Source: Epithemia pelagica (taxonomy: Eukaryota; Protista; Bacillariophyta). Taken from it: 64,000 bases of DNA. Each line of letters begins with the position of its first letter. Position 1 is the stretch's first letter. Shown here in pieces: positions 12,859 to 24,414 of this stretch. The notes beneath the pieces were generated by a model that was not told where the DNA came from, made no database searches, and saw only the letters and a program-made list of their open reading frames with translations. A program made the translations under genes and the position numbers. Where the stretch lies: contig OX337231.1 of assembly GCA_946965045.2 (NCBI GenBank), positions 434,001 to 498,000 of the forward strand, in the 5' to 3' direction.

Positions 12859-13473
12859 GAAGTGAGGTTTTCCGAGTTCCCCTGACTCTTACTTAGAACT
12901 TGAACAACCCCATAGTAAAGTGAAGATAAGGCATCTTGCTCTAACGATGGAGCATGGTATACTCTGCATGATTCGTCATGGAATCTGTTTGAGTTTTTTA
13001 GCCATACCATGAAGTCCGCATCCATCGTTTATCGCTCATCTTATTCTTTACAGAGCGAGAAAAAGCTCTCCTTGGACATGACAGCACAATGTCGGTGCTT
13101 TGTAGATCGTCCAAAGAAAGACCATTCCACCGAACAACTTGACTTGGGAACTGCAACTATATGGAACAGAAGAGAATCGTTTCGTGCCTATGTATGCAGG
13201 TACTCGTTTTGAATCTAATACAAGAAGATATAAAAACTAGACAAGAAGTACGTATAGAAACACTGTTGACTGGGTTCATCAGAATGCGCGTGTCCCTCCC
13301 ATTAACGCTTGGAAGGCACCATCCACGACATTCGTCATTCCAAGAAACAAAAACTCGTTCGAGTCTCTCTTTTTCTCACTTCCCAATCGAGTGTTTCTCG
13401 TTGGGGGGTCCATCATCACCACTACACGCAAGTGTAAAGTGGTGAGACGGTGAATGAACCCCCTTCTTTAACC

Positions 13474-14447
13474 TCAGGCACTGAGTTGAGGCAGGTCCGA
13501 CAAAGTCTTAGCCTGTCCTCGTTTCATTTTGCGTTTGGGTGGTGCTTTGGGTAGACTTGCACCACGAGTTCGTTCTTCGACCGACGATCGAAGGTCTTGT
13601 GAAGGATCCTACAGTATTCATACAACACAGATTGAATGAGAGACGCGCAGTTGGAGAACCAAGCAGGAACGGAAAAAGGAGTAGAGCGAACACACAATCG
13701 GAACCTCACGAGCAAACACACACGTACCTTAGGTGGATAGTCGAGATTGAACAAGGAGATCCAATAGTGTTTGACCATGGAGCAGGATGTAAAGGGATTG
13801 AGAAAGGCTCGGAGAATGTAGGGAATGGCGAATGCACTTGATTTGGATACTTTCTTTTTGGAGAGTCCTTTGCTCATGGCTTGCTTCACTTGACCTGTCT
13901 TTTTGGCTTGTACCTTGGCTTTGGCCTTGGCGGTGGATGCCATGGCAGCCGCTGCCAGCTTGGGATCTACCGAGTCTTCTTCTTCTTCCTCCTCTTCGTC
14001 GTCGTCCTCGACCATTTTGGCGCTAGACTTTTTTGTCACAACGACATCCTCGTCGTCGTCTTCTTCCTCATCGTCGTATTCATCCTCATCTTCATCCTCG
14101 TCGTCGTCCTCATCATCTTCAACGAGTACCTTGGAGGCAGCAGACCGTTTGGTCGCTGCAGCACCGCCTCGAAGGGTGTCAGACACCCAAAGTGTAGTCA
14201 TTCGAGCATGATGGCTAGGTCGTTTGTTCAATCCAAATACAGCAGCTTCGACCGTCCCGACGCTGCTACATACGACGACTGCAACCAGAAACAGGAGGGA
14301 CCATCGAAGAGATGAATTCCTCCTATTGCGCGATTCATGTGCTTGTGGCAATTGGTGATCTAGTGATGATGGAAAGGACACCATATTATTGGAGGCCTGA
14401 CGTTCCATACCAGGACGACCACTTGGTGTTCGGGGCCTCCTTCTCAT
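13474..14447 (-). CDS. Hypothetical membrane/secreted protein with an acidic D/E tract, 2 exons
   Basis: Hydrophobic segment, LRGG motif and poly-D/E; donor cctaag|GTACGT and acceptor tactgtag|GAT CCT give exon 2 DPSQDLRSSVEERTRG...; TGA at 13474-13476. Confidence 0.65.
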
Positions 14448-15035
14448 GGTCAAGAGGTTGATGTTTTCCGTTCGGGGATTTGGGAAGGATGAAGGATGAT
14501 GAGACAAGAACACGCGCGTGTGTGGTGGGATTCTTCCACGTGGAGAACTATGCTAGCTACCCTTGCTAGGGGTTTGCGTTCGACACTGAGAAATCGCAAC
14601 GAATGTCGACAAGAAAGCCAAAGTCACACTGTTGTCATCGTCATCGTCGCTTTCTTCTAAATCCTATGGAAGAACTGAAAGACTACGATCACAACTGAAA
14701 TACTACTATCATCTGGGTCATCAGAGAAAGGGACGGTCCAATGAGGCGGCACGAAAGAGCGATCTCCCCATGCCAGCTTACAGACCGTTCGATGAACCTT
14801 GCTTCTGGAACGCAAATCTCTACGAACGATTCTCTACCCGTGACTTCGGAAATCATCTCGCAGTTCAATGCCAAAACTCCATTTCAACAAGAGATGGAGA
14901 AAGGGATGCCTTAGTAGAAAACTAGTGATTGGACATTGAATCTGAACAAAGTACCTCCATGCGAGTGCGTCCACCAATACAACAAGCTTCGCTTCAAAAC
15001 TGGACTCGATTCTTTGCCACTACTACTGCAGTTTC

Positions 15036-15764
15036 TCATTGTGCCTCTTCGTCGGATTGTTTGGCTTTGGCTTTCTTTTTTCGTTTGCGGCGTTCCTTTT
15101 TTTCCTGTTCCTCTTCCTCCGCTTGTGCAGCTGCTTCTGCTTCTTCCTCCGCTTCTTGTTGTGCCTTCCATTGTTCGGCCAATTGTGATTCATACAAGGA
15201 TCTCTTGTCCTTGACTTGATTGTAATAGCGGCCTCCTTGTAACAATTGATCCACAGTGCTATTCAACTTGTCGGGAGCATAGACGGCTTGTCGAATAATA
15301 TTCTTTTCGTACTCCACAATCTTGTCACTTTCCCGCAATTCCTTCGCATACAAACGTTCGACATTGGCTTGTGTTTCTTCCGGCGATGGACCATACCGCC
15401 AGGCGTAGAGTCCATAAATCACCATGGGAATACACAAGATTCCCAATTTAATCATTTCCGGTACGGCAATTCCACCACGAGGCTTGCCATCGCCACCGTC
15501 AGCACCGCCACCCTTAGCTGCTCCTCCTGATGACGAAAAGGATCGAGTTGTACGACATGATGACACTGATAACGAAGTAGTGATTCTCGGAGACAGACTG
15601 TGGTTGTGTCTGGTCGCGGTGGTGGTGGTGGTCGTCGTCGTCACCGAGAAGGATACCGACTGCGGCTTTCTTGCATGAAGATGGAAGCTTCTTCTTGCCG
15701 CAACAAGGGAGGGACGCACGATGCAATAGGATACCGTAGACATGATGCTAAGGATGATCCGCAA
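15036..15764 (-). CDS. Hypothetical single-pass membrane protein with a C-terminal charged coiled coil; transit-peptide-like N-terminus
   Basis: 242-aa ORF; S/T/R-rich N-terminus, one TM segment (LGILCIPMVIYGLYAW), E/K-rich tail. Confidence 0.6.
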   Translation of the reverse strand: MRIILSIMSTVSYCIVRPSLVAARRSFHLHARKPQSVSFSVTTTTTTTTATRHNHSLSPRITTSLSVSSCRTTRSFSSSGGAAKGGGADGGDGKPRGGIAVPEMIKLGILCIPMVIYGLYAWRYGPSPEETQANVERLYAKELRESDKIVEYEKNIIRQAVYAPDKLNSTVDQLLQGGRYYNQVKDKRSLYESQLAEQWKAQQEAEEEAEAAAQAEEEEQEKKERRKRKKKAKAKQSDEEAQ

Positions 15765-16200
15765 TGTCCGAAATGTCCGAATTGGTTGTGTATACGAGAA
15801 TGAAGGATTCCAACAAAAGCACCAGAATGGGGATTGCAGTCAGCAAAGATGTGGCCACGAATGGCGAATCACGGACCATGACGGGTCGCGCATTATGTCC
15901 TCTAAGCCGCTTAGAGATGTAGTCATGGCGTTTCTTTTGCCAAAGCAAAATGAGTGTGCATCCACAGGAACAGCCATAGAGGACACTAGATAACGTGATG
16001 TTGGCTCGCATGTTTGAGGAGGACTTCTATTGTTATATGCTCAGCTACCTCAACTTCTAAAAGGCTTCTACCTAGCTGGACTCTCCAAGAATGCATAGGC
16101 ATCCTCCCCAAACCTACAACATCTGAATCTTCGATTCCTTCTGAACCGAACCCGTCGCTTGAGATATTCATGTCACTTATGGACTGTAGTTCTGGTATAG

Positions 16201-18496
16201 TCACTTCTTGAATTTGACTTGACCTTCTTTCACGCTCTTCATTTCAAACGGTTGATGGCGATTGTAATGATTCTGTTTGCGAGCTTTCTTATCGTAGGAT
16301 TGCGGGCGACCGTTCTTCTTGTTATGCTGTTTTCCGCCATCGCGAGGGGTGGGAGGCTTGGCGGTGGGCAATCGATGAGGATAATCTTTGCCCAACAACA
16401 CTCCATATTCGACCTGCTGAAAGTGTGTCATTTTCCATGGTTCGTGAATGTATTCGGTTGGCAGCGATGCTAGTTCGGGCAACCAATGACGGACATAGTC
16501 TCCGTGTTGATCGTAGTCTTTGGACTGCTTGACTATATTGAAACGATTGATACGACCTCCCGTCATGCCCGCACCCTGATCAGTCGTAATGGTGAGAACG
16601 AAACCGGGACAACCGACAAGAAAGTGATGAACACACACATCATGAGTCCTTCCAGATTGACATGTAGCTAGCCTTCACATCACATTGCACTGAATGAAAA
16701 CTACGTACCGCACACCAATTGTACCAGTTGGAATAGACATCGTAATCCAACAAGGTCGATTCAAAGAAATCGGCCCCGTACCTCCAATCTTGTTGCAAAT
16801 CCAAGGCCAAGAAGGAACACACATTTTGACGACCACGATTGCTCATGAACCCCGTGGCCTGCAACTCTCGCATATTGGCATCGACCAATGGATATCCTGT
16901 CCGACCGTCCTTCCATGCCGCCAATACCGTAGAGTCCATCTTCCACCACGAGGCTCCATGTGACTTTTCGTCCAAAATGCCTTGCGGGAAAAAGAGTTTG
17001 TTTCCATGTTTGGTGGCAAAGAATTTGCAGTAGTCCCGCCACAACAATTCAAAGATGAGCCAATAGGTGGATTTGTTTTGAATGCCTCGTTCCGTTTCAT
17101 AGCGTCTACATTCTTGTGCCACGAGGCGGGGACTGAGGCATCCGTGCGCCAACCAAGGACTGAGTTTGGTCGAATAATTCGCGCCCAACATGCCATTGCG
17201 GGTATCAAAATAAACACGCAATAAATCCTCTGTAAAGATATAGTCTTTGACACGAGCCAACGCGGCCGAAGTACCACCACGGAACTGCATCACGCCACGG
17301 GGATCCACCGTCTCGACCATTTTTATGGACTCGTCGGAATATCCCAAGTCCTTTAGCGACGGCACTTGTTGGGAACGAGTCATCAAAGGTTCCAAGGCAC
17401 GCCCAATGCGTGAATTTTTGGGTGATGGAACCAAGGTTTGGAGCAGTTTACGAGGACTGGCCAAGGGTGTGGCAATTTCACAGTTCTTTTCCACCTTGTT
17501 GCGAAAGGGAGTAAAGGAATTGGGCATATCAACCAGGTTGTTCCCTCCAAAGAGTTCGGCTACATCATCCAGTTCGTACATGGTGGACCCCCACACCGTC
17601 TCTACACCATTGTAACGAGTATCGTCGCTCGATGGAACAATGGCTCGCATGGCTTTGACAGCGTCTTGTTCTTCCTGTAAGACTTCCTCTTGACAAATAA
17701 TCGTCCATTGAATCTTGGTCGTTGGCTGTTGATCGGAATTGAGACCGGCGGAGATGGTTTGCATGAGTTGAGAGACAAACTCGTGGGGTGCTTGTACTCC
17801 ATGCGATACCAGCAAGGGACACTGGCATTCCTGTTGCAATTGATGTTGCAAATCCTGGACGGATTCGACAATGAATTGAGCACGACGAGGACCACATTTG
17901 ACACTGCCCCATGCCGTTTCCACCGAGGATCCAAAACTATTTTGACAATCAAAATGAAACCATGGTAGGACAAGTGTTTCAGCTTCTTGTTGAGACGTTG
18001 TTGCTCCCGAGGTTCGAGACACGAGCTTCTTGGAGGCCAATTGACAAGAATGAACCAAGGCGGGGTTGTCGTGCAACCGTAAATCTCCCAACCGAAACCA
18101 ATGCAAAATAATATGATGGTGGTTCTCACTGGCCTTGTTGCTACCAGAAGACGTCATTGTCGCGGTCGTGCTGCTCCAACGGATCGTCCTGCCTCTCGTG
18201 GTAACAAATCCACCTTGATGTTGTTGTTGTTGTTGTTGGACTGTAGAAGAATGCCACGGACGTGCTTGAGACGGAGCAAACCGATTCTTTTGAAGCAATG
18301 GAGAAACGAAATTGAAACGACTTGGAGCAGGACCAAGATTACGGATCATCCAACCAAAACACAGTACACTACCAGACCGGTTCTGACAAGTGCTCGTAAT
18401 GACAGCAAGGAGAATGACAACGAGAGGATATTGCTTTTTGGACCAACAAGTACGCATTCGTATTAGTCCTTCCTCGACAAGAAATGACTCCAACAC
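16201..18496 (-). CDS. CRY-DASH: Cryptochrome DASH (photolyase/cryptochrome family), 2 exons (intron about 16580-16706); start codon uncertain
   Basis: WFRLGDLRLHDNPAL, FRGGTSAALARV, STKLSPWLAHGCLSPR, FELLWRDY, MSNRGRQNVCSFL, WRYGADFFESTLLDYD, then FNIVKQSKDYD after a GTACGT...CAG intron. Confidence 0.93.
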
Positions 18497-18781
18497 CTGA
18501 GCTGCTGGACTAAAGACCTCTTGGTGAATTGGTTGTGTGCTGGTCCAAGGGAACCTCCATTGTCATGATGAGGTGACATCCTGTTCCCTGACTCACCGCA
18601 AACAGGATCACCCTCGAAAAACTGCTTCCAGCACATCACAATCCATTCCAGTCGCGGATTGGTCGTCATTTTACTCTGCATAGGTGTAAGGCGATAGCTC
18701 GTAGCTTGGGTCTGCCCCAACTCCTCTATTAGAGAGGACTCTCCTGTCTAGGACGAAGCGAGTGTCAAGCTTTGTTGCTTC

Positions 18782-18895
18782 TTGAAAGTGCCGCTTTGTT
18801 CATCATTCCATTGCTACACCTCCTACCATACGAGTGCTCTTAATGAAAGTGCCGCTTTGTTCATCATTCCATTACGCACCTCCTACCATGCAAGT
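18782..18895. repeat. Degenerate tandem duplication of about 60 bp (tgaaagtgccgctttgttcatcattccatt...cacctcctaccat)
   Basis: Two adjacent copies with an identical core of about 30 bp. Confidence 0.8.
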
Positions 18896-19179
18896 GGTCT
18901 TGAACGAAAGACTGGAATCGAGTTGGAATGTGGCAGACGAATGGCAACCGAAAACATAAATATGTTCGACAATGGATCTACCGTAGGCATTACGAAAGGC
19001 GTCCATAAAGTCGTTCTATAACACTGTCCATTTAATACAAGGGACAATAGTCCAAGCTTATCGAAAGGACTTGGAAAGAGGAATACTGTGTACAGTGGGC
19101 CAGTCGGTGGGATGAAGAAAAGCACAAAAGATAACAAACGATAGACCACCAACGGGCTGTTGCGGGATGCCACCGTTTC

Positions 19180-20532
19180 TTAGAGCCCGCACTTTCCTTC
19201 GAGGCCCCCCTTGCGAGCGAGATTGTGCGAGTGAACAAAATAACAGGGATCTTCCTGGACAAAGGGACCTTGCGAAATGGTGAAGTTTTCCAACGTTGTC
19301 AAATGAGGCGACCAGCAATGATACTCAGGAGGCAACCAACGGATGCGAAGAAATTGAGCAAGGGGCGATTCCAATACTTGATTAATGGCGTACTGCTGTC
19401 GAATCGACCCTTGAGTATGCTTCTTCAAAATATCCGACACACAGGCATTGAACAACTGGGTCCGACGATTGTTTCGTTGTCCCATCAAACCGGCTTGCAA
19501 ACCACTTAGTTGCAAATTCACACGATTGTTGTCCTCTTTCGTGGGAGCCATGCGCTCTGGACTGTAGACAAGGGCCAAATCAACATTCTTCAACGCACGG
19601 GCCATCAGAAAGGGTGTCACTGCACTTTGAGGATTGGCGTAGACATCCGTATCAATGACAAAGGTTCCAGCAAAGGGAGGCTGTCGACTCAACCACTCAT
19701 GCTGGGCACTGAGGGCAAGTTGATAACTCGGATAGTCTCCCAAATGAACAGGCTTGTAGTTTATTGTAGGCATGGTCTTTTTGAGACACGACACGGAATA
19801 GTCCGTTTCCATATCACGATTGTGCGTTCCATTGATGCGATCGTTGGCCTTGCGATTGGTACTTCCGCCAACTGAAAAGGAGATATGAATTACTCCAATG
19901 TCGCTTTCATCGAGATCCGACAACCAATCTGTATCCATCTCATTGCTGGAAGGAACTGCAGTGCTCGTTCGGAGGGTTTCCGTCGGGTAACGTTCCATGG
20001 AAAGTTGTGAGATCCAATAGTCCACGCTGCAGAGATCCTCAGAGACCACCCCTTCAGTGGATTCATCATTCGTAGAAGCATGCTGATTCTCAAGGCTTCC
20101 CATCTCATCGCTGGCACCAGTCATACTGACACTGCGCCCATCGTGACGCAAGCCGTACGAAGCAGCAGCGGAAATATCGTTCAGTTTCATGTCGCCAAAA
20201 AATTCCTGACAGACAAGAGAGACAATGAAAAATAGCATAACAATGATTTGTACTGCATTGATAACCGTTCGATATCGACAAGAATTCTGAGAGGACGAAG
20301 TTGTGGAAGAGAGTGGTTGACCTCCCCAGGGCATGGGTGGGATAGGCGAAATGGTTGCAGAAGTTGGATCGTCAACGCCTTTATCCTTCCGCGGAGACAG
20401 GGATGAGAAATTGCGATGGCGACTGCTCAGACCATTCTTATGGTGGAAGTGGTTGGAATCTTGCAGCATGTTGTTGTTGTCGCTCAGCAGGGGCTGTCTT
20501 TGTTTCGTCGACGGTGCAATGGAAACGAGCAA
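19180..20532 (-). CDS. Type II membrane glycosyltransferase-like protein (nucleotide-diphospho-sugar transferase fold)
   Basis: N-terminal TM anchor, stem region, FVIDTDVY DxD motif, QQYAINQVL and WLPPEY motifs typical of GT-A fold enzymes. Confidence 0.55.
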   Translation of the reverse strand: MLVSIAPSTKQRQPLLSDNNNMLQDSNHFHHKNGLSSRHRNFSSLSPRKDKGVDDPTSATISPIPPMPWGGQPLSSTTSSSQNSCRYRTVINAVQIIVMLFFIVSLVCQEFFGDMKLNDISAAASYGLRHDGRSVSMTGASDEMGSLENQHASTNDESTEGVVSEDLCSVDYWISQLSMERYPTETLRTSTAVPSSNEMDTDWLSDLDESDIGVIHISFSVGGSTNRKANDRINGTHNRDMETDYSVSCLKKTMPTINYKPVHLGDYPSYQLALSAQHEWLSRQPPFAGTFVIDTDVYANPQSAVTPFLMARALKNVDLALVYSPERMAPTKEDNNRVNLQLSGLQAGLMGQRNNRRTQLFNACVSDILKKHTQGSIRQQYAINQVLESPLAQFLRIRWLPPEYHCWSPHLTTLENFTISQGPFVQEDPCYFVHSHNLARKGGLEGKCGL

Positions 20533-21036
20533 CAGTCAATGACTGGTGTGAAACAAAGAAAGTGATGCTTTTGTGCGCTGCCTTTGATGGCAGCGAGCCG
20601 GTCGGGGCATGAAACGAAACGGTTCCTTCCAAAGGCGGTGATGGTACCGACGTCATGGTGCCGTTTCAGAAAAGGAAGAGATATTTGGGACGATCTACCG
20701 AATCTTGGTCACACCGCATCTCTGCAAACGTGTAGCATCCCCCGGCGCCTCTTCCGTTGGGTCGCGCCCAGCCCGGATCATTGATCTCTTAATTGTAGAT
20801 AGAATAGAAAAAGGTACAATCTATTTTAACGCTGCCGCGCGTACCCGCTGGGGTATCGTCGACCGACTCAGAAGTATAGAGATATAGGGATAGGGGGTAG
20901 AAGTAGGGTTGGGGGAATCTGGCAAGGGGGGTTGCTCGCCCCGTGGGCATCCCAATTCCCGTTCCCAATTCCCGTCGCCGCCAAAAAGCCGGGAATTCCC
21001 AGTTGCGACTACCTACAATATAGTGCTACTCCATAT

Positions 21037-22121
21037 ATGAGTCCAGCGGGAATCGAGAATCCAGGCGCTGTGTTTGGATTCTCCTTGCTTTTTTGTGTGT
21101 GGATTTGGTATGTGGTCTGGTCTTGTCAGGACCACCGCTTGCCTCTTCTCCTCCTCCATCCATCCGCAACCACGTACAGTGCAGATTCAACGCTGTTCCG
21201 TTCATATTCCTCGCCCTCGTCACTTCAGCATGGAGTTGCCACTTGGTTAGCTTCGCGAGAGCCAAATCAGAGAGTTCGGCCATTTGTCCCGACCAGTGTC
21301 CAAACTGCACAGACGGACACTTCCCAGGATGCTGAGACAGATTGGAAAGAACAGGTGGAAAGCTTTGCGGGAGTCGCAACAGTTGTTTCTGCCGCTGCAA
21401 CAGTTTTTTCTGGTGGTGCAACCGTTTTTGGATTACTCATGGCCACTCGGTGGATGGACCGGGACCAGAAACGGTTTGAATGGGACCAGAGACGATTTGA
21501 GCGGGAGGAGAGGGAGGCTGATAACAGCGAAATTATAAGTTTCAAAGAATCAATACGAGGGCTTAAAAGAGATCAGATCCAGCGTACGTCCACAATATGG
21601 ACCATAAATCTTCTCATGTTATACTTTCTACCCTCTGATTCTCACTTTGGTATGTGGTGTGATTATTTGGTACAGATGATTCATCCTCTGAAACCTATCA
21701 CCGCCTCGCGGAGATGATGGAAGAGGACCAATACGAGTTATTCCTTCTTGAAAAGAATCGCTTGAGAATTGCCGAAGGTAATTTCCTGCACCAAAGTACT
21801 CTGTACTCCGACCCCTAGCAAGCACTAACTATCCATCTCTTTTTTGTTTACCATAAAGACAATTACAAGGATGACAAAGAACGCAAAAGGATCAAGGAGA
21901 AGATTGATTCTCTAAAAGGCAGAAGGCTACGGGAGTTAATTATCCAAGAAGCTCGTCTCAACAATGGGTATTCTGCACTTTTGAAGCAATTCAGAAAAGA
22001 ACTAGGCGGAGCGGGTGGAAACGACAGTCTGTGGTGGTCACGCGAGTACCGAAGAAAAATCACGAAGCAACTCTTGGGCAAGAAAGATGTTCAAGAAGAA
22101 ACTCGTGGACAAGAAGTTTAG
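21037..22121 (+). CDS. Hypothetical TM plus coiled-coil protein, 3 exons (paralogue of 30553-31885)
   Basis: ORF 20932..21717, then GTACGT and GTAATT introns and an exon DDKERKRIKEKIDSLK...; colinear with the 30.6-31.9 kb copy. Confidence 0.5.
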
Positions 22122-22336
22122 TACTTTCAATTTCACCTACCACGCTTTCGACTTCCCTTTTTTCCGCCTCCCTCTCCTCCATTGTGAACCGTTTCTTCTT
22201 TAGAGTCCCTCTCCTCCCGTCCAAACCGTTTCTCGTCCAAAGTATAAACGACGAATACGTGAGCTTCAAAATGATCAGCGCCCTTTTACGTCCAAGAAAA
22301 TAATCAACGTTCTTCTCGCGTTGTCATGTCCAGTCC

Positions 22337-23410
22337 GTGTATCGAATGCAGCCACCATCCTCCACCTTGTATGGTATGCATTGGTATGCCAAACAACATG
22401 TCGGACTTCTCGAAGGAAACGAAAAGGACCATTTCATGGAGACAACCACCAATCCCTCGCACAAGAAAATTCAAAATTGCTGTAAAGGCTCGCACACCAT
22501 GAATCGCCGTCTCTACAAGATCATTCATACCAAGTCCTTTGGTCGCTTCAAGACGCGGATATTGTCCGATGGTGTCTTCCAGCCTTGGCAACCTTTGCTC
22601 AGCCACCACAGCAGCCTACGAGCACGGTGTTGTTGTCAGAAACGAAACGAAGAGCCACAGGTCACACACTCAACGAGACAGAGCAGGAAAACAAGGAGTT
22701 TGTGGGCGTGTCAAACGTGCCAAAGTGGAATTGTCCGATCCAAACCTTGTCATCCGACGCTTTTTCAATACATACGATCAACCGGCGTTTCAAGACAGGC
22801 TGACGCGTTTGTAATGGATCGGGGATCGCAAGATCCCGAAACATGGGCCAAAAACTTGTACCTCTCGTTTCGCGATACGCCTACCATCCTTCGTGTCTTG
22901 CAACTCAATCACGACCGAACATTGTGTCTGACGCTGCTCCACGAACTCGTCAATGAATGGAAGGAAGAGGAACTTTCGGCCGAATTTGAAGCCGCCATCC
23001 AAAAGATTTTTAAACCACGACGACTTGCTCCCGAATTTGAAACCGCCATCTAAAAGATTTTTAAACCACGACGAATTGCTCGTATTCTTGGCGTCTGCTT
23101 GGTGATGGATCGTGCACAGGCCTTGTACAAGCATGGTCCATCCGCAACCACGGAGGATGGCAAAACCATGACCGACATGCATCGGTATTTGGATTTGCAT
23201 GTGGAAATGGAAAACTTTGAAACCCCTTCGGAACGAGATCGTTGGGCAACCTTGCTAAGTAGCTCCCCAGGAAAGGGAACCATGAACAAACGGCTCTATC
23301 GTTTGCTGTATAGCACGAAATTGGGTTTGCAAAACGATGAACTCTTTGCTTGGTGCTGCAAGCCACAAGTGGCGTCATTGGTGTATCGACCCATGACGAG
23401 TTCCTTGTAG
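22337..23410 (+). pseudogene. Hypothetical gene broken by an in-frame TAA inside a 51-bp tandem duplication
   Basis: ORFs 22337..23053 and 23099..23410 share a frame. The duplicated unit gaatttgaagccgccatccaaaag... has CAA to TAA in its second copy. Internal protein repeat MNRRLYKII / MNKRLYRLL. Confidence 0.5.
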
Positions 23411-23909
23411 AAACCAGAGCAGTGTGCTACCAACAGCAACAAACAAAATATTACAAGTTCCATACAGATTCAAACCCATTCCTCTGTTCGACCCATGATC
23501 ACTCTCCGAAAAGGCCGCCAACCAAAGCAGAATCCATCATCTTCATACATCGTCAGTGACCGAATTGCCATTCGTACAGAAACTATTTGAAAACTACAAA
23601 TGTCATAAAACTTGAAAGAAACAACGAATCCATCGACTTAAAAGACACTTTAACTTAAAGCATGCCTCCGATGCATTTTCCTGTTTCAGGATAGAATGTT
23701 ATGATGAGAGAATAGATCGCGAGACCAATGGTCCGATCAAAACGACGCCACTTGTTTTAGGAGCACATCCATGAAAAGTACGCCCAAGACCAGGCATTAT
23801 GAATACTTGGAATGGCGGCGAGTGTATCGGATCCAGTGAACCCTTTTTCAGTTCGTCATCTTGCGAACGAGGTGACACCGGGTTTGGTCTATGGATGGAT
23901 GCGCAGTGG

Positions 23910-24387
23910 TGTGAGTTTCCGCCTATCGTAGACAGAGGAAACGGGCTCAATCCGTAGGATAAAGCGATTTTAAGATTGTGTGTTTCTAGCTAAAGGTATC
24001 TGGCCATTGCTTGCCAATGGCCGTTGGGTTGATGCGAGCGTTGGATGGAGATGAGCGTTGGGTTCGTCGATTCTTGTCTTGTGTCGATCTTGGCATCGTC
24101 GCTTCTCTCCTAAACGACGGCTGCCAATTAGGGAGACTGAATCCCGGTCTCCTATACAGCGGCGGTTACTCCTGTGGTTGCTTCTATTTGTTGCGTCACT
24201 TAAAGCCGTTACACGGCTTGACTCGTCATCTGGAATCCAAGATGCATCGTTGTTCTGTTGTTCTTGTCCGTAATGGACAAGTTCCGTCGTCTATTTCGTG
24301 AGGAAGTTGGTGCATGTTGTGTGCTCGTCCTCCTCATCTTTTGGTCGCGGATATGCGCGTGCCTGCGATACTCTGCGTATTCGAACA
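23910..24387 (-). repeat. 3' LTR of copia element 1
   Basis: Direct repeat of 29771-30248. Confidence 0.97.
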
Positions 24388-24414
24388 CTCCCTCACGGGC
24401 ACATAAGATGTATC

